Below, in pieces: positions 13,108-21,424 of a stretch of 34,898 bases of DNA. Every line of letters begins with the position of its first letter. The stretch's first letter is position 1. The position numbers and the translations under genes are program-made. Where the stretch lies: positions 1 through 34,898 of the forward strand of contig CAZADJ010000002.1 of the NCBI GenBank assembly GCA_964483845.1. Reading direction: 5' to 3'. The notes beneath the pieces are model-generated. The model made no database searches. It was not told the origin of the DNA and was given only the letters and a program-made list of their open reading frames with translations. This DNA comes from an uncultured Actinomycetota bacterium (GTDB lineage: Bacteria > Actinomycetota > Nitriliruptoria > Nitriliruptorales > JAHWKO01).

Positions 13108-13833
13108 ATGTCCAAGAAGGTGAAGGCCGAGGGGGAGACGATCGAGGACGCCGTCCGCCAGGCGCTCGCGGAGATCGCCGGAGCGGACGAGGACGACGTC
13201 GACGTCGATCTCGACGTCCGCAACTTCGATCTCGGGGCGCTCGCCGACGTCGCGCTCGAGTTCATCTACGAGCTGGAGGAGTCCGAGGACGAGGACGACG
13301 AGGACGACGAGGACGATGGGGACGCTGGCGAGGACGACGAGGACGACGAGGACGACGGCGGGCCCGGCATCAGCATCGACGAGCTCGACGAGGAGGCGGA
13401 CGCGGCGGCCGACTTCCTCGAGGGGCTGCTGGACGCCGTCGGCTCGCCGGGGGACCTGCAGATCCGGGTCCACGAGGACCACGCCGAGGTCGAGATCGTC
13501 AACGTCGGTTCCGGGCAGCTGATCGGACGGCGGGGACAGACCCTCGACGCGATCCAGGAGCTGCTTCGCTGCGCGATGCAGCGGCGCTTCGAGCGTCGCT
13601 GCCGCGTCGTCATCGACGTGGAGGGCTACCGGCAGCGGCGCCTCGAGAAGCTGCTCGACAAGGCTCGCGACGCCATCGAGGACGCGCTGGAGACCGGCGA
13701 CGAGCAGCGCCTCGAGCCGATGGACGTCTACGAGCGCAAGGCGATCCACCACCTGGTCGGCGAGCACGACGGGGTGGGGAGCTCGAGCCGCGGGCGCGAG
13801 CCGACCCGCCGGGTGGTGATCGCGCCCGAGTGA
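13108..13833 (+). CDS. jag: Jag/EloR (KhpB) RNA-binding protein: Jag_N, KH and R3H domains
   Basis: N-terminal AEGETIEDAV..AL, KH LIGRRGQTLDAIQ, R3H LEPM..YERKAIH...SRGREPTRRVVI; ATG after GAGGAG. Confidence 0.95.
   Translation: MSKKVKAEGETIEDAVRQALAEIAGADEDDVDVDLDVRNFDLGALADVALEFIYELEESEDEDDEDDEDDGDAGEDDEDDEDDGGPGISIDELDEEADAAADFLEGLLDAVGSPGDLQIRVHEDHAEVEIVNVGSGQLIGRRGQTLDAIQELLRCAMQRRFERRCRVVIDVEGYRQRRLEKLLDKARDAIEDALETGDEQRLEPMDVYERKAIHHLVGEHDGVGSSSRGREPTRRVVIAPE
13291..13356 (+). repeat. (GAGGACGAC)n coding repeats for an acidic tract in Jag
   Basis: A 26-bp block is repeated at 13291 and 13330. Confidence 0.8.
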
Positions 13834-13873
13834 GCCGGCGCTCGACACCGGGGACGGTCCAGCCTCGGGGGAC

Positions 13874-13889
13874 CGTTCCACGTGGAACC
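13874..13889. promoter_or_regulatory. parS: parS site 1
   Basis: Palindrome cGTTCCACGTGGAACc matching the parS consensus, upstream of rsmG-parAB. Confidence 0.93.
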
Positions 13890-13950
13890 GCGCCGACCGC
13901 GGAGCCCCGACGGTCGACACCTCCCATGTAACGTCGTAGCAACCTGCTCA

Positions 13951-13966
13951 CGTTCCACGTGGAACA
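13951..13966. promoter_or_regulatory. parS: parS site 2
   Basis: cGTTCCACGTGGAACa, 77 bp from site 1. Confidence 0.95.
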
Positions 13967-13986
13967 CGTGCCGAGGAGGGTCGGGC

Positions 13987-14622
13987 GTGGATCTCGATGC
14001 CGTGCTGACGGCGCTCTGCGATGCGGTGCGCGCGAGCCCGCACAACCTGATGTCGCCCCGGGCGCTCGACGAGCTCGAGACCCGGCACGTCCCCGAGTGC
14101 CTCGCACTCGCCGCGATGCTCCCGCCCGGCCCCACGCGGCTCGTCGACGTCGGCACCGGCGGCGGCCTCCCCGGTCTCGTCATCGCGGCCGCCCGCCCCG
14201 ATCTGGAGGTGACGCTCGTGGAATCGACGGGGAAGAAGGCGCGGTTCCTCGAGGAGACCGCAGCAGCACTCGACCTGGAGGCGACGGTGGTGAACGAGCG
14301 CATGGAGGCGGTCGCGGGCGGTCGCCTCGCGGGCTCGTTCGGGCTCGCGACCGCCCGGGCGGTCGCCCCGCTGGAGCGGCTCGTGCCGTGGGTGATCCCG
14401 GCGCTCGAGCCCGGCGGGCGCCTCTACGCGGTGAAGGGCGAGCGCTGGCGTGAGGACCTCGAGGCCGCGGACGGGGCGATCCGCCGCGCCGGGGCCGCGG
14501 TGCTCGCGACCCCCGAGACGCGCGGGAGCCGGACCGGGGATCGTCCCCGGGGGCCCGACGACGCCTCCACCGGGGTGGAACCCCTCGTTGTTATCATCGG
14601 CCGCCGCCCGCGCGATCGGTGA
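13987..14622 (+). CDS. rsmG: 16S rRNA m7G527 methyltransferase RsmG (GidB)
   Basis: HNLMS, RHV, VDVGTGGGLPG, LVESTGKKARFL and TARAVA; GTG start after GAGGAGGG. Confidence 0.95.
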   Translation: MDLDAVLTALCDAVRASPHNLMSPRALDELETRHVPECLALAAMLPPGPTRLVDVGTGGGLPGLVIAAARPDLEVTLVESTGKKARFLEETAAALDLEATVVNERMEAVAGGRLAGSFGLATARAVAPLERLVPWVIPALEPGGRLYAVKGERWREDLEAADGAIRRAGAAVLATPETRGSRTGDRPRGPDDASTGVEPLVVIIGRRPRDR

Positions 14623-14625
14623 TCC

Positions 14626-15657
14626 GTGCTCAACCGGTTCCGTCGAGACGACGATCGCGACCCCGACGCCCCCCGTGAGGGTCCCGCCGGGGGCGGGTCG
14701 CGCCGTCCCGGCGCGCCGACGGGCGACCAGTACTACATCTCGGTCGTCCCCGACCCCCCCGGGGAGGCCGTCGAGGCCGAGGACACGGTCGGGGCCGCCC
14801 CGACGGTCGCCGGCGACGACGAGCCCGACCCGGCCCCCGCCGGTCGGGTGGTCGCGGTCGCGAACCAGAAGGGCGGCGTCGGCAAGACCACCACCGCGGT
14901 CTCGGTCGGCGCCGCGCTCGCCCAGCGCGGCCTGCGGGTGCTGCTCGTCGACCTGGACCCGCAACGCAACGCGACCACGGGGCTGGGCGAGCGCGGGGAG
15001 GAGGGCCGCCCCAGCACCTACGGTGTGCTGATCGAGGATCTGCCGGCCGAGGAGGCCCTGCTCGCGACCGAGGTCGATGGGCTGACGCTGCTGCCGTCCA
15101 GCCTCGACCTCGCGGGTGCGGAGATCGAGCTGGTCCCGGTCTTCTCGCGGGAGCGCCGGCTGCGCGAGGCGCTGGACGCGGTCCGCGGCCGCTTCGACCT
15201 GACCATCGTGGACTGCCCCCCGACCCTCGGGCTGCTCACGGTGAACGCGCTGGTCGCCGCGGACGAGGTCCTGATCCCGATCCAGTGCGAGTACTACGCA
15301 CTGGAGGGGGTCGGCCAGCTGGTGCGCACCATCGACCTGGTCCGCCGGAGCCTGAACCCCGAGCTCGGGATCGGCGGGGTCCTGCTCACGATGTTCGACG
15401 GTCGCACCCGGCTCGCCGAGCAGGTCGCCGCGGAGGTCCGCGGCCACTTCGGCGACGAGGTGTTCCGAACGGTGATCCCCCGTGCGGTTCGCCTGTCCGA
15501 GGCGCCGGGCTTCGGGCAGCCCATCACCGTCTTCGACCCGGCCAGCCGCGGCGCACGCGCCTACCAACGGCTCGCCGGCGAGCTCGCCCAGCGGCTCGAG
15601 CTCGACGCGGCGACCTCGCCGATCGACCGCCTCGCCCACCGCCGAGAGGAGCACTGA
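14626..15657 (+). CDS. parA: Chromosome partitioning ATPase ParA (Soj) with an N-terminal extension
   Basis: NQKGGVGKTTT, DLDPQRNAT, DCPPTLG, PIQCEYYALEG and IPRAVRLSEAP. Confidence 0.97.
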   Translation: MLNRFRRDDDRDPDAPREGPAGGGSRRPGAPTGDQYYISVVPDPPGEAVEAEDTVGAAPTVAGDDEPDPAPAGRVVAVANQKGGVGKTTTAVSVGAALAQRGLRVLLVDLDPQRNATTGLGERGEEGRPSTYGVLIEDLPAEEALLATEVDGLTLLPSSLDLAGAEIELVPVFSRERRLREALDAVRGRFDLTIVDCPPTLGLLTVNALVAADEVLIPIQCEYYALEGVGQLVRTIDLVRRSLNPELGIGGVLLTMFDGRTRLAEQVAAEVRGHFGDEVFRTVIPRAVRLSEAPGFGQPITVFDPASRGARAYQRLAGELAQRLELDAATSPIDRLAHRREEH

Positions 15658-16587
15658 GTGACGAACGAACGCCGAGGTCTGGGACGTGGCCTGTCCGCGC
15701 TGATCCCGCCCGCCGAGCCCGGTGGAGAGGGGCTGCGGGAGATCCCGGTCGACCGCGTCGACCCGAACCCGCGGCAGCCGCGCGAGGTCTTCGACGAGGA
15801 GGCCCTCGACGAGCTCGCCGCCTCCATCCGCGAGGTCGGGCTGCTGCAACCCGTCGTCGTCCGCGAGGCGGACGGCGACCGCTTCGAGCTGGTCGCCGGG
15901 GAGCGCCGCCTGCGCGCCGCCGAACGGGCCGGGCTGGAGCGCGTCCCGGCGCTCGTGCGCGCGACCTCGGACACGGACCTGCTGCGCGAGGCGCTGATCG
16001 AGAACATCCACCGCACCGAGCTGAACCCACTCGAGGAGGCCGCGGCCTACCAGCAGCTCCTCGAGGACCTCGGCGCGACGCACGAGGAGCTGGCCCGGCG
16101 CATCGGGAAGTCCCGCCCCGCGGTCAGCAACGCCCTGCGCCTGCTCGCCCTCCCCCCCGGCGTGCAGCGGCGGGTCGCCGCCGGGGTGCTGTCCGCCGGA
16201 CACGCGAAGGCGCTGCTCGCGCTCGAGCGCCGGGAGGACCAGGAGCGCGTGGCCGAGCGCATCGTGAACGAGGGCCTGTCGGTGCGGGCGGCCGAGGAGG
16301 TCGTGCGGCTGCGGCAGGCGGGCGACGGCGCGGCGCCGGACGGCGACGACGGCTCGACCCGGGTGCGCGCCCACGAGCGTGGCGGCGCACGGTACGCGCC
16401 GGGCCTCGCCGACCTCGAGGAGCGGCTCTCGGACGCGCTCATGGCGAAGGTGTCCGTGAAGATGGGCGCACGCCGCGGGAAGCTCGAGATCGAGTTCACC
16501 TCCGTCGACGACCTCGAGCGTGTCGTCGGGGTGATCGCCGCCGGCCTGGAGACCCCGATCCCGGTGGCCGAGCAGCCGCTGCGCTGA
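15658..16587 (+). CDS. parB: Chromosome partitioning protein ParB (Spo0J)
   Basis: RRGLGRGLSALI, PNPRQPR, GERRLRA (CTP box), ENIHRTELNPLEEA and HTH KSRPAVSNALRLL. Confidence 0.98.
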   Translation: MTNERRGLGRGLSALIPPAEPGGEGLREIPVDRVDPNPRQPREVFDEEALDELAASIREVGLLQPVVVREADGDRFELVAGERRLRAAERAGLERVPALVRATSDTDLLREALIENIHRTELNPLEEAAAYQQLLEDLGATHEELARRIGKSRPAVSNALRLLALPPGVQRRVAAGVLSAGHAKALLALERREDQERVAERIVNEGLSVRAAEEVVRLRQAGDGAAPDGDDGSTRVRAHERGGARYAPGLADLEERLSDALMAKVSVKMGARRGKLEIEFTSVDDLERVVGVIAAGLETPIPVAEQPLR

Positions 16588-16617
16588 CCCTGCCGGCAGC
16601 CGAACGGACGTGCGTTC

Positions 16618-16631
16618 CGAACGTACGTTCG
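16618..16631. promoter_or_regulatory. LexA (SOS/Cheo)-type palindrome
   Basis: CGAAC-GTAC-GTTCG, a perfect 14-bp palindrome matching the Gram-positive/actinobacterial CGAAC-N4-GTTCG; context is atypical. Confidence 0.5.
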
Positions 16632-16655
16632 TCGCACTGCGGACGGCGCGCCGGC

Positions 16656-16724
16656 TCAGCCGATGACAGCGGCGTGCTCCGGCTCGATCACCAGCGTCAC
16701 CCGCTCGAGCTGCTCGTCGGTCAC
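16656..16724 (-). CDS. Candidate 22-aa small ORF or gene remnant (MTDEQLERVTLVIEPEHAAVIG)
   Basis: GTG overlaps the rpiA TGA (GTGA); nearly all third codon positions are G/C. Confidence 0.4.
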   Translation of the reverse strand: MTDEQLERVTLVIEPEHAAVIG

Positions 16725-17416
16725 ACGTCGGTCGAGGCGCCGTCCTGCGGCGCGCGCTCGCGGGTGATGACCTCGACGCCTCCCTCGTCGTCGCCGACCA
16801 CGATCTGGTGCGCGAGGCCGACGAACAGACCGGACTCGACGACGCCGGGGATGAGCGCGAGGAGCACCTCGGCCCGCTCGGGATCGTCGAGGCCCCCGGG
16901 CCAGCGTGCGTCGATGACGGCGTTGCCGTTGTCCGTGCGGTAGCCGCCGTCGCCACGGACGGCGGGCTCGAAGCCGAGCTCCCCGAGCACACGTGCGACC
17001 GGATCCAGCGCGAACGGCACCACCTCGATCGGGAGCGGGAACGAATCGCCGAGCCGCTCGACGCGCTTGTCGGGCGTCGCGACCACGACGAGCGGCGCCC
17101 CGCCGGAGGCGACGACCTTCTCGCGCAGCAGCGCGCCGCCTCCGCCCTTGGTGAGGTTCAGCGCCGGGTCGAACTCGTCCGCGCCGTCGACCACCAGGTC
17201 GAGGGTGTGGACGTCGCGGGGTTCGAGGAGCCCGATGCCCAGCTCCCGGCACCGCTCGGCGGTCCGCTCCGAGGTCGGCACGCCGACGACGTCGCGCCCG
17301 GCGATCGCGTCCAGGAAGTGGGCGACGGTCGACCCGGTGCCGAGACCGAGCCGCATCCCGTCCTCCACCAGGCCGGCGGCGTAGCGCCCAGCCGCGCGCT
17401 TCGCGTCGTCACCCAC
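16721..17416 (-). CDS. rpiA: Ribose-5-phosphate isomerase A
   Basis: GLGTGST, DGADE, KGGGGALLREK, LPIEVVPF, TDNGN and PGVVESGLF. Confidence 0.97.
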   Translation of the reverse strand: MGDDAKRAAGRYAAGLVEDGMRLGLGTGSTVAHFLDAIAGRDVVGVPTSERTAERCRELGIGLLEPRDVHTLDLVVDGADEFDPALNLTKGGGGALLREKVVASGGAPLVVVATPDKRVERLGDSFPLPIEVVPFALDPVARVLGELGFEPAVRGDGGYRTDNGNAVIDARWPGGLDDPERAEVLLALIPGVVESGLFVGLAHQIVVGDDEGGVEVITRERAPQDGASTDV

Positions 17417-18137
17417 GGGGTCGCTCCCCGGTCGTCGCGAGTTCGGTGTCCGCGCCCAGCGCCGCGGTGAGCTCCCCGAGACCGTCGACGACCAGGTCCG
17501 GGTCCGCGCCGTCGGGGCGCGGCGCCAGCAGCGCCCAGGGGCCTCGTCGCAGCCAACAGGTGCGCAGCCCGGCTGCGGCCGCCGCGGCGACGTCGTTGTC
17601 CAGCCGGTCCCCGACGTAGAGGACCTCCGCAGGCGCGCGCCCCAGCCGTTCGAGCACGCCCGCGAAGAAGTCCCCGTCGGGCTTGGCCACCCCGATCTCG
17701 TCGCTCGTCACCAACACCTCGACGGTGACACCGAGGGCACGGAGCTGCTGGTGGCGACGCGCCGGCTGGTTGCCGGCGACGGCGACCTCCAGCCCCACGG
17801 CGCGCAGCCGCTCGATCGCCGGGAGGGCGTCCTCGTACAGGTCGTCCGCGGCGAACCCGCCGTAGCGGCGCTCGTGCTCCTCCTCCAGCGCTCCCCAGTC
17901 CGTACGCAGCCGCTCGAGCACGTCGGGGCGTCGCGCCGCGACCCGGTCGAAGGCGGCGCCGTGATCCGCCCCGGCGGCGATCGCGGTACCGATCGCGCCC
18001 ATCAGCGCGAAGGCGGAGACACCGAGGATGTCGGCCCACACGGTCCAGACCCGGGTCTCGTCGATCAGCACCTCGCCGACGTCGAGGCAGACGGCCCGGG
18101 GCCCGACCCCGGGTACGGCCGACGGTGGGGATGCCAC
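17409..18137 (-). CDS. HAD-superfamily hydrolase
   Basis: Motif I LDVGEVL, GNQP, KPD and YVGDRLDNDV. Confidence 0.9.
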   Translation of the reverse strand: MASPPSAVPGVGPRAVCLDVGEVLIDETRVWTVWADILGVSAFALMGAIGTAIAAGADHGAAFDRVAARRPDVLERLRTDWGALEEEHERRYGGFAADDLYEDALPAIERLRAVGLEVAVAGNQPARRHQQLRALGVTVEVLVTSDEIGVAKPDGDFFAGVLERLGRAPAEVLYVGDRLDNDVAAAAAAGLRTCWLRRGPWALLAPRPDGADPDLVVDGLGELTAALGADTELATTGERPRG

Positions 18138-18144
18138 GAGCCGC

Positions 18145-19089
18145 TCAGTCGCCGTCGAGCGCGAGCCCGACCAGCCGCTCGGCGAGATCCGCGAAGTCGA
18201 GGTCGGCCGCGGCGGCGGCCATCGGCAGCAGCGACGTCTCGGTCAGGCCGGGGCACGTGTCCAGCTCCAGCAGCCACGGGACCCCGTCGCCGTCCACGAT
18301 CAGGTCGGCCCGGGACACGTGGCGGCAGCCGATCGCTTCGTAGGCGGTGACGGCGGTCTCGGCGCAGCGCGCGGCGACGTCACCGTCGAGCCGGGCGGGG
18401 ACGTGGAACTCGGTCGCTCCGGGGGTGTAGCGCGCGGAGAAGTCGTAGGCGCCCTCCTTCGGGCGGATCTCCACCGCCGGCAGCGGCTCGCCGGCGAGCA
18501 CCGACACGGCCACCTCGACCCCCTCGATCTGCCGCTCGATCATCACCGCGTCGGCGTACGAGAGGGAGCCGACGATCGCGCTCGGCAGCGACGCCGCGTC
18601 CGCCACGCGGGTCAGGCCGAGGGACGATCCGCCGGTCGCCGGCTTCACGACCAGCGGCAGTCCGAGCTCGTCGGCGATGCGGTCGACCGCGGCGGACACG
18701 CCGACGTCCCGGAACGCCTGCCCGGAGAGGGTCACGTGGTCGGGCGTGGCGAGCCCGGCGCGGCGGTACAGGCCCTTGGCGATCGGTTTCTCCCACGCGA
18801 GCGCTGACGCGAGCGTGTCGGGGCCGGTGTAGGGCACCTCGAGGACCTCGAGGATGGACTGGATCGTCCCGTCCTCCCCGACCGCGCCGTGCAGGGCGAG
18901 GAAGGCGACGTCGAACCCCCCACCGGTGAGGCGGGCGACGAGGTCCTCGTCGACGTCGAGGCGGGTCACCGGGTAGCCCCGGTCCGTCAACGCGTCCGTG
19001 ACGCGGGTGCCCGACTTCAGGCTGACCTCGCGCTCGAGCGACAGGCCGCCGGCGAGCACGGCGACGCGGGGGCGCGGCGTCGCGCTCAA
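18145..19089 (-). CDS. ddl: D-alanine--D-alanine ligase family protein
   Basis: VLAGGLSLEREVSLKSG, LHGAVGEDGTIQ, VKPATGGSSLG, YDFSARY and PGLTETS; TTG start overlapping the upstream stop. Confidence 0.9.
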   Translation of the reverse strand: MSATPRPRVAVLAGGLSLEREVSLKSGTRVTDALTDRGYPVTRLDVDEDLVARLTGGGFDVAFLALHGAVGEDGTIQSILEVLEVPYTGPDTLASALAWEKPIAKGLYRRAGLATPDHVTLSGQAFRDVGVSAAVDRIADELGLPLVVKPATGGSSLGLTRVADAASLPSAIVGSLSYADAVMIERQIEGVEVAVSVLAGEPLPAVEIRPKEGAYDFSARYTPGATEFHVPARLDGDVAARCAETAVTAYEAIGCRHVSRADLIVDGDGVPWLLELDTCPGLTETSLLPMAAAAADLDFADLAERLVGLALDGD

Positions 19090-20357
19090 CCTCGGCCTCC
19101 TCCGGTCGCCTCGGGTCCGCGCTCACCGTAGACGGCACGGATCAGGTCGAGCTCCTCGCGCAGCACCGCGCCGAGACGGGCGACGCCCTCGTGGATCTCG
19201 TCCGGCTCCGGGAACGAGTAGCACAGCCGGAGGTTGGTCGCTCCCTGCCCGTCGGCGAAGAAGCCGGAGCCGGGGACGTACGCCACCCGGTGCGACACCG
19301 CCTTCGCGAGCAGGTCCGAGGTGTCGATGCCGTCGGGGACGGTGACCCAGACGTAGAAGCCGCCGGAGGGGTGCGTCCACTCGCAGCCGCGCGGGAACTC
19401 CTCCTCGAGGGCGCGCAGCGTGGCGGTCGCACGCTCCTCGTACACCTTCCGGAAGCGCTTGATCTGCTCCCGCCACGGTTGGCTGGTGAGCCACGTCTGG
19501 ACCACCATCTGGGTGAGGTTGGAGTGGCAGAGGTCGGCGGCCTCGAGCAGCAGGACGAGCTTGTCGCGGATCGGCCCGGGGGCCGCGACCCACCCGATGC
19601 GTGCCCCGGGCGCGAACGTCTTCGAGACCGTCCCGACGTAGATGACGCGCTCCGGGATCAGGCTGCGCAGGCTCGGCCAGGTCCGCCCGGAGAAGTCCAG
19701 CAGCCCGTACGGGTTGTCCTCGACGATGAGCAGGTCGCGCTCCTCGGCGAGCTCCGCCAGCTGCTCACGCCGCGGCTCGGAGAGCGACACCCCAGCCGGG
19801 TTCTGGTGGTTCGGGACGGTGTAGACCAGCGTCGCCTCGCGACCCTCGCTCGCGAGACGGTCCAGCTCCTCCTCCAGCGCGTCCACGACGAGGCCGTCGC
19901 CGTCCATCGGCACGTGGCGGACGTCGGCCTGGTGCGAGGAGAACGCGCCCAGGGCCCCCACGTAGGTCGGTCCCTCGGCGAGCACCACGTCGCCCGGATC
20001 GACGAACAGCTTGGCGACCAGCTCGATGCCCTGCTGGCCGCCGACGGTGACGACGAGGTCGTCGGCGTGTGCCGGGACCCCCTCGGCCGCCATCACGTCG
20101 CAGAGCCGGGCCCGCAGCTCCTCGCGCCCCTGACCGCCGCCGTACTGGAGTGCGGTCGGGCCGTGGTCGCGGATGACCTCGACGACGACGTCCTCGACCG
20201 CCTCGAAGTCGAGCGCCGCGGTGAACGGCATCCCCCCGGCGAGGCTGACCACGTCGGGGCGGGAGGCGACGGCGAACAGCGCGCGGATCTCCGACGCGGA
20301 CATGCCGCGGGTCCGCGCCGCGTAGCGCTCGAGGTACGGGTCGGTGTCGAGGCGCAT
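19086..20357 (-). CDS. PLP-dependent aminotransferase (class I/II, LysN/ARO8-like)
   Basis: SEIRALF, VSLAGGMP, ALQYG, HQNPAG, EDNPYG and SKTFAPGARIGW (PLP Lys); start taken at ATG 20357. Confidence 0.92.
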   Translation of the reverse strand: MRLDTDPYLERYAARTRGMSASEIRALFAVASRPDVVSLAGGMPFTAALDFEAVEDVVVEVIRDHGPTALQYGGGQGREELRARLCDVMAAEGVPAHADDLVVTVGGQQGIELVAKLFVDPGDVVLAEGPTYVGALGAFSSHQADVRHVPMDGDGLVVDALEEELDRLASEGREATLVYTVPNHQNPAGVSLSEPRREQLAELAEERDLLIVEDNPYGLLDFSGRTWPSLRSLIPERVIYVGTVSKTFAPGARIGWVAAPGPIRDKLVLLLEAADLCHSNLTQMVVQTWLTSQPWREQIKRFRKVYEERATATLRALEEEFPRGCEWTHPSGGFYVWVTVPDGIDTSDLLAKAVSHRVAYVPGSGFFADGQGATNLRLCYSFPEPDEIHEGVARLGAVLREELDLIRAVYGERGPEATGGGRG

Positions 20358-20455
20358 GGCGGCCGGCGCTCCTGCCCCCTGGGTACGCTCGGGAGCGTAC
20401 CGGTGCGCGCGGTGGAGCCCGGCCAGGTCGTCCGACGGATGGCCGGTGCGCGAGC

Positions 20456-20546
20456 GCCGCACCGTGCGGCCGCACCATGGTGCCGGAGCATGGTGCCGGA
20501 CCATGGTGCCGGACAACGATGTCGCATCACGATGTCGGATCACGAC
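20456..20546. repeat. Degenerate 13-bp tandem array, 7 units
   Basis: GCCGCACCGTGCG / GCCGCACCATGGT / GCCGGAGCATGGT / GCCGGACCATGGT / GCCGGACAACGAT / GTCGCATCACGAT / GTCGGATCACGAC. Confidence 0.85.
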
Positions 20547-20558
20547 AGGGAGGCCGAC

Positions 20559-20699
20559 GTGAGCCAGGAGCGGTGGATCGCCCCGGGTGGGTGGCGGCGT
20601 GCGGCGGTCGGCTTCGCCCTGGGACTCGCGCTCGGGGCGGCGATCGCGCTCGTGCTGCCGCGGAACGGACCGCGGCGGAGGCCGGCGCGCACCTCGTGA
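20559..20699 (+). CDS. 46-aa single-TM small protein
   Basis: RBS AGGGAGG then GTG; hydrophobic AAVGFALGLALGAAIALVLP; its stop overlaps the GNAT start (GTGA). Confidence 0.7.
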   Translation: MSQERWIAPGGWRRAAVGFALGLALGAAIALVLPRNGPRRRPARTS

Positions 20700-21424
20700 C
20701 GCGAGTGCGTGTCGTCGAGGTGACGGCTGGGGACCTCGAGCGGATCCCCGGCCGGTGCCGTCGGTGCCTCTTCTGGGAGCTCGGCGCCCCGCGACCGATC
20801 GACGGCGAGGTCGGCGAGCCGGACGAGTTCGCAGGGGATCCGACGGTCCAGAAGCCGGCGTGGTGGCGCGCGGTGGAGCTCGGGGACCGACCCGGTGGGG
20901 GTCCGGGCACGGTCCCGGGCCGGGCGGTGATGATCGGCGGGGAGACCGCCGGCTGGTGCCTCGCGGCGCCGAGCGGGGCGTTCGCTCCCCGACGTCCACC
21001 GGTCCCGCGCCCCTCGGACGACGCGCTGCTCCTCGCGACCCTCTGGGTGGAGCCCGCGTTCCGCGGACGCGGCGTCGGGCGGCGGCTGGTCCAGGCGGTC
21101 GCGAAGGAGGCCCTGCGCACCGGCCACCGGGCCGTCGAGGCGTACGGGGATCGACGGCACCGGGAGGGCGCGTGCGTCCTGCCGGGCACGTGGCTGCTGC
21201 ACGAGGGGTTCGAGGTACGCCGTGAGCACCCGCGCTACCCGTTGCTCCGCCTCGACGTGGACAGCATCGCGCGGTGGGTGGAGCCGCTCGAGCAGGCGGT
21301 CGAGCGGGCGTTGGGACGCCTCGCGCGGCAGCGGCGCCCGGATCCGGCGCCGGAGCGCTCCCCGCTCAGCTCGCGTGACGCTCCCGCTCCCGACCGGTCA
21401 GGTGCTCGGCCAACGCCCAGCTGA
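20696..21424 (+). CDS. GNAT family N-acetyltransferase (Rv3916c-like)
   Basis: CRRCLFWE, PSDDALLL, acetyl-CoA motif FRGRGVGRRLV, AVEAYG and HPRYPLLRLD; convergent with cwlM as in other actinobacteria. Confidence 0.88.
   Translation: MTRVRVVEVTAGDLERIPGRCRRCLFWELGAPRPIDGEVGEPDEFAGDPTVQKPAWWRAVELGDRPGGGPGTVPGRAVMIGGETAGWCLAAPSGAFAPRRPPVPRPSDDALLLATLWVEPAFRGRGVGRRLVQAVAKEALRTGHRAVEAYGDRRHREGACVLPGTWLLHEGFEVRREHPRYPLLRLDVDSIARWVEPLEQAVERALGRLARQRRPDPAPERSPLSSRDAPAPDRSGARPTPS

Noticed and set aside
14565-14584. Possible third parS (CTCCACCGGGGTGGAACC) in rsmG
   Set aside because: Central spacing is wrong and only one half-site matches.
20456-20546. Possible mini-CRISPR
   Set aside because: Units are contiguous 13-mers with no spacers, and there are no cas genes in the window.
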